The notes beneath the pieces are model-generated. The model was given only the letters and a program-made list of their open reading frames with translations, was not told the origin of the DNA and did no database searches. This document shows positions 16,213-23,967 of a stretch of 25,430 nucleotides of DNA, one piece after another (position 1 is the first letter of the stretch; each line of letters opens with the position of its first letter). The translations under genes and the position numbers were made by a program. This stretch comes from a virus (lineage: Duplodnaviria > Caudoviricetes), in IMG/VR virus record IMGVR_UViG_3300017747_004606, positions 1-25,430 of that record. One strand, written 5' to 3'.

Positions 16213-18054
16213 ATGGCTTCCGCACCCTCAGATAAATTCCGGAATGATGGTGCATTAGTTAATGCGCTAACAGGTCTAGGTGTTCCTGCAAAAGATAAAA
16301 CAACAGCCACAAGTGTCAGCTTCCAGACTCTGCTGACCGAAGCTGAACTCGAGTCTCTCTATACCAACGGCATCCCGCGTCGCTACGTCGACGCCATCAG
16401 CGACGAGATCCTCCGCCATCAACCCACCATCACCCTGGGTGGTGACGCCGCCTCTGACAACGCCGACCTCCTCACGAACTTCAACCAGTTCCTCCAGGCC
16501 AGCCAATTCCACTTCGCCCTCTCTGAGGTCATCAAGCTGCAGCGCCTCTATGGCGGCGCCGGCTTGGTGCTGCTGATCGACGATGGCGCCCAGCCTGACG
16601 CACCTGTCGAGCTCAACCGCATTCGCGCCATCCGCGGCTTCATCCCGCTCTCGCGCCATGAGTTGATCCCCGAGGACTTCTCCATCACCGACTACTCCCG
16701 TCCTTCGCACTACCGGATCACCACCAGTCAGCGCATCACCCCGGAACAGAACAGCGGCTACGTCAACATCCGCGTCCACCACACCCGCGTAGCTCGTTTC
16801 GACGGCCTCTACCTTCCCTGGAACCTCCGCTCCCGCAACACCGGATGGGGCCAGTCCGTCCTGCAGCTCATCTGGAACGCCTTCAAGCGCTACGAGACCG
16901 CGATGTCCGGCCTCGAGTCGATGACATCCGATTCAGACGTCTTCGTTCACAAGATCCCCGGACTGTTCAACCGCATCGCCGCCGGCAACGAGTCCGACCT
17001 GCGCAAGCGCCTTGAAGCCAACAATCTCAGCCGCAGCGTCTACGGCGGGATGGTTGTGGACGTCGAAGAAGACATCAGCTTCATCAACCGTGCGCTGAGC
17101 AACATCGCCACCGCGACCGACCCCTTCATCAAGGATCTGCAAGCCGCCACCGGCTGGCCCGCTTCCATCCTCATGGGTGACTCTCCTGGCGGTCTCGGTA
17201 AGGAAGGCCGCTTCGAAGAACGTGTCTGGTCGTCCCTCGTTGAGCAGTGGCAAGAGGTCTACTGCCGCACCCCAATCACCGAGGTCTTCACCTACATCTT
17301 CGCCTCACGCGAAGGACCAACCCGCGGTCGCATCCCCGAGTCCTGGTCGGTGATGTTCCCCTCGGTCTTCACCCAGACCGAGAAAGAGAAGGCGGAGCTC
17401 CACCAACTCAAAGCCGCTTCAGACGCTCAGTACATCCAGCTCGGCGTTCTGAACCCCCTGGAAGTCCGCGAGTCCCGCTTCGGCGGCACCACGTACTCAC
17501 TTGACACAAAACTCAACGAAGCCGTCACCCAGCAGCTCATCGCCAGCACGGACGCCCAGTTCCAATCCCAGATGGCGGGCTACGACGCTCAACTGCAGGC
17601 CGCCACGCAACCCCCGGCGCTCCCCGAGGGTGAGGCCGCACCCACCGAGGAGGAAACTGCCGCCGAAGGCGGCGCTGTGCTGCCTCCCGCCGAAGGCGGC
17701 CGCGGCGACGCTCTCTACGCCGACGCCGAAGGCCTGCGTATCGCCGTCACCCACCGCCGCGGCGACATCGTCGCTGGCCCGCTCGTCGGACCCGACGGCC
17801 AGCGCATCGACAGCAGCGCTGCAGCCCCTGTGCTGATCCTGGGCCCACACCGCACGCGCACCCGCAAGCTCTACCGAGCTCGTTTTGCCCTCGACAGCGC
17901 CATCACCGATGGCCCTTACACCACCGGCTTCAATTCACTCCGCGCCGCCAAAGTTGCTGTCCAGCACTTCTTCCCCGGTCAGAATGTGGCAGGGCTTTCA
18001 CCAGTGCCCGACGCCGAGGCTGACGCCTTCCGCGCCTACAACGAGGGGTACTGA
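16213..18054 (+). CDS. Portal protein, DUF1073 type, with C-terminal extension
   Basis: Position after terL; DGALVNALTGLG, RLYGGAGL, VHHTRV, GWGQSVLQ, PASILMGDSPGG, LGVLNPLEVRESRFG motifs. Confidence 0.88.
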   Translation: MASAPSDKFRNDGALVNALTGLGVPAKDKTTATSVSFQTLLTEAELESLYTNGIPRRYVDAISDEILRHQPTITLGGDAASDNADLLTNFNQFLQASQFHFALSEVIKLQRLYGGAGLVLLIDDGAQPDAPVELNRIRAIRGFIPLSRHELIPEDFSITDYSRPSHYRITTSQRITPEQNSGYVNIRVHHTRVARFDGLYLPWNLRSRNTGWGQSVLQLIWNAFKRYETAMSGLESMTSDSDVFVHKIPGLFNRIAAGNESDLRKRLEANNLSRSVYGGMVVDVEEDISFINRALSNIATATDPFIKDLQAATGWPASILMGDSPGGLGKEGRFEERVWSSLVEQWQEVYCRTPITEVFTYIFASREGPTRGRIPESWSVMFPSVFTQTEKEKAELHQLKAASDAQYIQLGVLNPLEVRESRFGGTTYSLDTKLNEAVTQQLIASTDAQFQSQMAGYDAQLQAATQPPALPEGEAAPTEEETAAEGGAVLPPAEGGRGDALYADAEGLRIAVTHRRGDIVAGPLVGPDGQRIDSSAAAPVLILGPHRTRTRKLYRARFALDSAITDGPYTTGFNSLRAAKVAVQHFFPGQNVAGLSPVPDAEADAFRAYNEGY

Positions 18055-18057
18055 CCA

Positions 18058-20973
18058 GTGACGCCACGCAACACCACTCCCGAAGGATTCCGCACCGCGG
18101 CCTACCTGGCCACAAAGGCCCGCCTCGACGCCGCAGCTCGCAGCCGCACCGGCAAAACAGCCCGCGCTGTTGACTGCAACCCACCCAACGTGAAGTGCGG
18201 TGGCCGCTGCATCCCGCCCAACTGGGACTGTCGATTGAAGGGCCAGGGTGCTGATCCCCACCTGCGCGCTGTCCGCACTGACCCCGTCAGTGGCCTGGCC
18301 AACGTGGAACGGGGTGTCAAACGCCTCGGCAAAGGAATCAGCAAAGGCAGCTTCTCCGAGATCGAGGGTGGCAAGCGCGCCATCGTCCGCGGCATCGTCA
18401 AAGCCGTACCGGGCGACCTGCAGCGCAAGCAGGCGCTCCAAGCTCAACTCGAGCGCCGGGCCGGCGGCATCGCCCTCGGCCTGAGCATCGTGGGCTTTGG
18501 CTTGTTCAGCCACAGCCAGCTCAAGCGCGCCCCCTTCTACCGCGACGGTGTCGGCCGCCAGATCGACGACGCCGTAGCCGCTGGCATCAACCGCGTCCTG
18601 GATGTGACTCCCGGTATCCGCGGAGCTCGCGCTGAACGCCGGGCAGCCGGTGCAGCCGCTGCCGGGGCTGCCGCAGCCCGCGCCGCCGGCGAAGCCGCCA
18701 CGGGTCCTACAGCCCTCAAGGAGGAGCTGCTTCGCACCCCCACCCAGCTCGAGCTCCGCGCCACCGACTACGGCAACGCCAAGGTGCTGTTCAATCGTGT
18801 CAGCGCTGTCGACGTAGATGCCGACAGTCGTGGCGCCAACGCAGAAACCTGGCGGCAGCAAAGCCTCGAAGCTTTCTGGAGCACTAAGCGCACCAACGCT
18901 GCCGGAGCTGGTGATGGAAGCACTTTCTCCGAGTCCGCCACCCACGAGTACCTGTCGCGGCAGTTCGGCTTCCGCCTGGGCGCTGGCGCTACTGACACTG
19001 ATGTCCGCCGCGCCCTTACCGGTGCGTTGAACCGCGAAGCGGCCAGCCTGCAGGCCCTCGCCCGGCAGCAAGGCGTCAACATCAAGGACACCGAGGCCCG
19101 CAGCCGCTTCCTCAACGGCTTAGTAGGCCCCAGTACCGAAAACTTCCCCGAGAACGTCCGCGAACGCGCTGTCGGCAAACTCAACCAGATCCTTGGCGAC
19201 GCACCCAGTACGCGCGCGGCAGCGGTCAGCCGCACCGAGCTCGCCCAAAGCTTCTACCGCGAGACCCGCGACGGTTTCGATGAGTACTTCCGCCACATTG
19301 CCGACGAAGTGCGCCAGACCCCGGGCGTCGCCATGCCCACCGAGCAGCGCCAAAAAGGCTACAGCGACTTGCTCAACAGCGCCCGCATCGGTCACTCCCG
19401 ATACCTCGCTCGGCTCCTTGTAAAGCCCGATAACGTCACCAGCCGCATCGGGCAAGGCCTAAGTGACGCCATCTCCAAGGAGTACTTCGCTCGCAAGGTG
19501 AAAAAGAGCAGCACCTTCAGCCTTTCGGATCGGGAAGTGCGCACCGCTGCCTCCGAGCTCGCCGGTCGTGACATCACTGGCCTCGCTGACGCCACCCGCT
19601 ACCTGCAGCAGAACGGCTTCGAGCGCCTCGTAGCGGTGCGCGCCGCAGGTCAGCCTGCCCCCGGCACCCGCGCTGCAGCTGCGGCTACCCCACCCCGAGG
19701 ACGCCGCAGCCCCCAAGCGCAGATCACCGACCTCGCCCGCTCCCTTCGCGAAGCCGCCCAGCGCCGCGGTGAGGACATGAGCCTCGAGGCCTCCTACCGC
19801 GCCGCCCGCTCCGAGATCTCCCGCCGCCAACGCGGTGACGCGCTGCCCCCTGGGCTGATCCATGCCGCCACTTATCTGGCTGTCCGGGAGGACCTGCAGG
19901 GTAAGCCCTGTGGCGCTTCACACATCCCGAAGGCACATGAGTGCCGTAAGGGAGCAGGATCAGTCAGCCAAGAAAAGCAACCCCCCGAGAGCGGCCCGAG
20001 CACGGACATCAAACGCAAGGCAGCCCTTGCCGCTGCCGTTGTTGGAGGTGCTTTAGCTATGGGTGCAGCCGGCAGCGTTGCCTACAACATCAAGACACTC
20101 CGCGACCCAACCAAGTCACCGCTTGACCCAAGCCCCAGCATTAAGGACCTCGTCAAGTCCATGAAGCAAGAAGCCGGCACCAAAAGTGCCAGCGAAGCCA
20201 TGGGGCACTACTACACCAAAAAGTCCGGGCTCAAACCCGGGGATGTGGTCTATTTCCGTCACGAGAAAGACCCCGTAGCCCACTTCGGCATCTACCTCGG
20301 TGAAGGCAAGGACGGCATCGTCCGCGCCGTCTTTGCCAATACCCACGAGTCCCGCTTCAGCTGGACAGACGTTGCCGAGATCGGTGCCACCAAGCCCGGC
20401 ATCAAGACCTCCATGGCTTTGATGACTCCCCTGGTCAAGGCACCCGACCCAAAATTCAAGCAATCCGCCAGCTCGTTCTCCAATGAAGATGTCGTGCGCC
20501 GGGCTATCCGTATTGCCAACACCGACTACAAGTTCTCCCTGACCAGGGACAACTGTGAAACCCTCGCCAACGGCATCGCCTACGGCGTCCCCGAGTCTGA
20601 ACAACTCCAGCGCTTTCGCCGCGCCACCCGCGTTTTTGTGGACGTGGTTGTTTCCCGCGGACAACGCCGCGAAGCTCGAGAAGCCATCTACCAAGGCCGC
20701 GCCCGGGGCCGTAGCTACACCGCCCGCGAGTTCGTCACCTTCCTGGAGGGTCAACGCGAATTCAGCTCTCCTGCAGGCAAGGAGTTGGCCAAGCAGTACG
20801 CCCAGTACTTCCAGAACTCCCGCCTCGACGCGGAGGCGGCAACCAACGGCCTCATCAGCCCCGATGAGCTCTGGTCTCGCATCAAGTCGTACGGCCCTGC
20901 CCTCAAGGCCCGAGCCATGGCCGACTACCTCTTAATCCAACGCTCACTCCTCGAGCTCGATGGACCTGCTTGA
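18058..20973 (+). CDS. Large modular head-region protein: two CG-x9-C/hydrophobic-helix modules, the second with an LRAT-like (permuted NlpC/P60) domain
   Basis: Motifs at 18196-18231 and 19909-19944; LKPGDVV..HFGIYLGEG..VVRRA..YKFSLTRDNCETLAN at 20230-20586; GTG start. Confidence 0.8.
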   Translation: MTPRNTTPEGFRTAAYLATKARLDAAARSRTGKTARAVDCNPPNVKCGGRCIPPNWDCRLKGQGADPHLRAVRTDPVSGLANVERGVKRLGKGISKGSFSEIEGGKRAIVRGIVKAVPGDLQRKQALQAQLERRAGGIALGLSIVGFGLFSHSQLKRAPFYRDGVGRQIDDAVAAGINRVLDVTPGIRGARAERRAAGAAAAGAAAARAAGEAATGPTALKEELLRTPTQLELRATDYGNAKVLFNRVSAVDVDADSRGANAETWRQQSLEAFWSTKRTNAAGAGDGSTFSESATHEYLSRQFGFRLGAGATDTDVRRALTGALNREAASLQALARQQGVNIKDTEARSRFLNGLVGPSTENFPENVRERAVGKLNQILGDAPSTRAAAVSRTELAQSFYRETRDGFDEYFRHIADEVRQTPGVAMPTEQRQKGYSDLLNSARIGHSRYLARLLVKPDNVTSRIGQGLSDAISKEYFARKVKKSSTFSLSDREVRTAASELAGRDITGLADATRYLQQNGFERLVAVRAAGQPAPGTRAAAAATPPRGRRSPQAQITDLARSLREAAQRRGEDMSLEASYRAARSEISRRQRGDALPPGLIHAATYLAVREDLQGKPCGASHIPKAHECRKGAGSVSQEKQPPESGPSTDIKRKAALAAAVVGGALAMGAAGSVAYNIKTLRDPTKSPLDPSPSIKDLVKSMKQEAGTKSASEAMGHYYTKKSGLKPGDVVYFRHEKDPVAHFGIYLGEGKDGIVRAVFANTHESRFSWTDVAEIGATKPGIKTSMALMTPLVKAPDPKFKQSASSFSNEDVVRRAIRIANTDYKFSLTRDNCETLANGIAYGVPESEQLQRFRRATRVFVDVVVSRGQRREAREAIYQGRARGRSYTAREFVTFLEGQREFSSPAGKELAKQYAQYFQNSRLDAEAATNGLISPDELWSRIKSYGPALKARAMADYLLIQRSLLELDGPA

Positions 20974-21823
20974 GCGCTACAACGCCGCCCTGCGTCGCTC
21001 CGAGGACGTCTCCATCGCCCAGCTCAACCGCATTCTCGACAGCAGCTTCAACCGCCTGATCCGCCGCACCCGCATCCAGCTGCGCAGCGGTGCCCCGGCA
21101 GCCGACCGCAACGTCTCCCTCCTCCAGGAGTTCCGCCAGCTCATCCCCGCGTTTCGCCCCGATCGCACCGACGGCTACGACCGTGTCCTACGCAGCCTGC
21201 TTCGCGGCTCCGAGCGCAAAGGCACCACTGTCGCCCGAGAACTTCTGACCGACATCGCCCCCGAGCGCCGGCGCATCGACGTCTCGATCCCGATCGAAGC
21301 CACCGTGGCCGCCGCAGCTCAGGCCCGCGGCTACCTCCGCCGCCACGGTGAAGCCTTCGCCACCACTGCCACCGAGCTCGTTGCCCAAGGCATCGCTGAA
21401 GGCCGCCCCACAGATGCCATCACCAACGACCTGCGCCTTCGCCTTGGTGTTGTGAAATCGAGGGCGGACGTGATCGCCCGCACGGAATCACTTCGTGCCT
21501 ACAACGCCGCCAGCAATCAGTACTACGCAGCGAACGGCATCGATCTCGTGATGTGGTACGCCACCAGCGACGATCGAACCTGCCCCATCTGCAATGCCCG
21601 GGCGGGCCGCATTTACAAGCGTGCTAGTACAAACGCACCGGCGCACCCGCGCTGCCGCTGCTACCTCGCCCCCTGGGACACCGAGATTGCTGCGATGGAC
21701 CCCGAGTACGCATCCCTACCCCGCCGCCACCGCGAAGAAGTCTCCCGGGTGGCAACGGTCGGCCCCGCTGACCTCAACAAAGCCGCAGTCTTCGAGCAAT
21801 TCGCCCCGCAGCCGTTCGACTGA
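20960..21823 (+). CDS. Phage head morphogenesis protein, MuF / SPP1 gp7 family
   Basis: RADVIARTES, WYATSDDRTCPICNAR, PAHPRCRC. Confidence 0.92.
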   Translation: MDLLERYNAALRRSEDVSIAQLNRILDSSFNRLIRRTRIQLRSGAPAADRNVSLLQEFRQLIPAFRPDRTDGYDRVLRSLLRGSERKGTTVARELLTDIAPERRRIDVSIPIEATVAAAAQARGYLRRHGEAFATTATELVAQGIAEGRPTDAITNDLRLRLGVVKSRADVIARTESLRAYNAASNQYYAANGIDLVMWYATSDDRTCPICNARAGRIYKRASTNAPAHPRCRCYLAPWDTEIAAMDPEYASLPRRHREEVSRVATVGPADLNKAAVFEQFAPQPFD

Positions 21824-22069
21824 TCAGCCCAGGAAGCCGGGCCGCCTCTTGGCTTTATCGAGAGCGACATTCGCACCAGTACCCGCCACGCCAGATGGAA
21901 AGAACAACGCAGCTGTAGTCATCCACCGATCAAGACACGCATTAGCATTACCTCTGTTCAGCAGGTTAGGTAGCTCACAGGAACCCACAAAGAATGTGGC
22001 GAATACAAGCTGTCCAATTAGCAATCCAGAAGTTGCGCCACTCCCAGCTACCAGTCGAAGCAAGTTCAT
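21824..22069 (-). CDS. Small two-helix membrane protein, antisense to the head operon
   Basis: 81-aa ORF with two hydrophobic segments, exactly abutting the MuF stop. Confidence 0.6.
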   Translation of the reverse strand: MNLLRLVAGSGATSGLLIGQLVFATFFVGSCELPNLLNRGNANACLDRWMTTAALFFPSGVAGTGANVALDKAKRRPGFLG

Positions 22070-22157
22070 GGTGTAGCTCCACAGTTGCTTTCAGCCTATC
22101 GGTCCCTATAGCACAGAGCAGCTACGCTGTGTGAAGCAATACCCGGGGCTCTAAGCC

Positions 22158-23282
22158 ATGCCCGCCACCTCCCGTCGCTCCAAATCTGAGGCCTACGAAA
22201 AAGGTGTACGCGAAGGTCAGGCCATGGCTGCCCGCGCCCGCAACATGAAGTCCTCAGATCCCGAAGAAGAGGAAGAAGAGGAAGAGGAGGAAATGGACAT
22301 GGCCATGGGTAGCCACAGCCGCAAGCGCAGCGCCAAAGGGGTCAAGCACACCAAGCCCGCCACAGACGGCTATGGCATGAAGAAGCCCATGGACGCCGAG
22401 TGCGGCTGCAGCGACAAGAAGGGCGGCAAGTGCGACGGCAACTGCGGCTCCATGCGCAAGCGCGGCGACTCGCTCAGCCCGCTCGAGTACCTCGACGCCT
22501 GCGAGCTCGGCATCCAGGACCGCAGCACCACCTACATCCGAGCCCGCCTAGACGCTGCAGCACGTTTTGACCTCAAGTGCGGCAAAGGTTCCATCTCCGA
22601 GGGCGAAAAGTGCACCAAGGGACCTGCCACAAAAGCAGAACCCCCGCAGTACAAACGCGGCACCGTCACCCCTAACACCAAAGCCGCCCAACGCCTTCGC
22701 ACCGCTGCAAATGTCGCAGCGGCAGCCGGCGCCCTCGCACCTCTCGCTGGTCTGGCCTCGGGTAGTAGCTCCGGCATGGTCGCCGGTTTCGGTGCTGCCG
22801 CCACTGCATTCAAAGCTGCCGGCGCCCTCAACACCTTCGCCAAAGCACAAGAAACCAGCAGCGCAGCAGGCAAAGCTCGCTTAAAGAAGGAGGCCACCTA
22901 CCGCGCGCTCAGCGCAGGCGGTAGCGCCATTGGTAGCGCCGTCGGCGCCGCCTCCATGGCCCGTACAGCTCGCCGCTCCACGCAGCGCGCCTCCTTGGAG
23001 CGCATGTATCGCGGCCCCTCCGCCAAGCGCCCCCCGGGTCTGGACTCCGAAGCAGCTGACGCAGAGTCCCGCATGGACCCCCGTGGCACCAAAGTCGCCG
23101 CCATGGAAGCCGAGCTCGCCAAGCAAGCCGCAGCCCGCGGCCTCAAAGGCGCCCGCGCCGAGGCCTACATCTACGGCACCCTCAACAAGATGGGCTACAA
23201 GCAGGGCAGCAAGACCACCCGCAAGGGTGCTGCCAAAGCCAAGCGCAGCGACTCCATCTGGGCCACCGGCTTCGAGCCATGA
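22158..23282 (+). CDS. Modular head-region protein (poly-Glu, Cys cluster, CG-x9-C module, AYIYGTL module, DSIWATGFEP tail)
   Basis: 374-aa ORF with strong codon bias; modules visible in translation. Confidence 0.85.
   Translation: MPATSRRSKSEAYEKGVREGQAMAARARNMKSSDPEEEEEEEEEEMDMAMGSHSRKRSAKGVKHTKPATDGYGMKKPMDAECGCSDKKGGKCDGNCGSMRKRGDSLSPLEYLDACELGIQDRSTTYIRARLDAAARFDLKCGKGSISEGEKCTKGPATKAEPPQYKRGTVTPNTKAAQRLRTAANVAAAAGALAPLAGLASGSSSGMVAGFGAAATAFKAAGALNTFAKAQETSSAAGKARLKKEATYRALSAGGSAIGSAVGAASMARTARRSTQRASLERMYRGPSAKRPPGLDSEAADAESRMDPRGTKVAAMEAELAKQAAARGLKGARAEAYIYGTLNKMGYKQGSKTTRKGAAKAKRSDSIWATGFEP
22569..22629 (+). repeat. 61-bp direct repeat encoding DLKCGKGxISEGEKCTKGPA, copy 1
   Basis: 56/61 identical to 23309-23369. 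Confidence 0.92.
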
Positions 23283-23311
23283 ACCTCACTCCCACAACAG
23301 TACGCCTCGAC
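23250..23311 (+). repeat. 62-bp gene-junction repeat (DSIWAxGFEP-stop / MNLTPxTxRLD), copy 1
   Basis: 47/62 identical to 23906-23967, with an identical 17-bp core CCATGAACCTCACTCCC and mostly synonymous differences. Confidence 0.85.
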
Positions 23312-23938
23312 CTCAAGTGTGGTAAAGGTGCTATCTCCGAGGGCGAAAAATGCACCAAGGGACCTGCCAATAGAGTTCAATCTAAGCGTTCTAAAATCTC
23401 AGAAGCTAAAAGTAAAAAAGCACAGAGAAACTTACGTAGAGCGTCTATGGTTGGCTTAGCTGCGCTCACACTAGGCACAGGTATTGCTCTAGGTATCCGC
23501 TCAGAGCGTAGGCGTAGGGGTAGGCGAGAATTTGGCGAATTAGCTGAGCGTGCAAGGGCAAGAGCTGCAGCCGCAGCGCAGCGAATTTCCACGATAGAAC
23601 GCCAGCAACGAGAAGCTGCTAGGTCTGTTGAGAACACCTCGGACTTCATGCGTGGTTACGGCTCTACTACTAGACGTACTACAACAGCTAGTACTCCCTC
23701 ATCTAGAGGGGAATACTCACCACCTGAAGGCTCAACGGAATGGAAGGTCTCACAGGCTTTTAAAGCTAGAATTAAACGTAATACCAGCCCACGTAAAAAC
23801 ACCAATCCAGACATATCCGCTGCTTGGACTAAAAAGCCTATAAAGACATCGTCAGCACCTTCCAAAGGTGATCCCGTCGTGTCTGCAGCGTTTAAGTCTT
23901 ACCACGACTCTATCTGGGCGGAGGGTTTTGAACCATGA
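23279..23938 (+). CDS. Modular head-region protein (CG-x9-C module, hydrophobic helix, basic AT-richer payload, DSIWAEGFEP tail)
   Basis: 219-aa ORF, ATGA-coupled at both ends. Confidence 0.85.
   Translation: MNLTPTTVRLDLKCGKGAISEGEKCTKGPANRVQSKRSKISEAKSKKAQRNLRRASMVGLAALTLGTGIALGIRSERRRRGRREFGELAERARARAAAAAQRISTIERQQREAARSVENTSDFMRGYGSTTRRTTTASTPSSRGEYSPPEGSTEWKVSQAFKARIKRNTSPRKNTNPDISAAWTKKPIKTSSAPSKGDPVVSAAFKSYHDSIWAEGFEP
23309..23369 (+). repeat. 61-bp direct repeat, copy 2
   Basis: 56/61 identical to 22569-22629. Confidence 0.92.
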
Positions 23939-23967
23939 ACCTCACTCCCGCCACGCTCCGACTTGAC
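23906..23967 (+). repeat. 62-bp gene-junction repeat, copy 2
   Basis: 47/62 identical to 23250-23311. Confidence 0.85.

Noticed and set aside
16213-18054. Anti-CBASS Acb1 label sometimes attached to DUF1073 proteins
   Set aside because: No pair of HxT/S 2H-phosphoesterase motifs in the C-terminal extension; position and motifs indicate a portal
20960-21823. MuF-fused toxin
   Set aside because: The protein ends about 50 residues after HPRCRC with no toxin domain; variable payloads are in neighbouring genes instead
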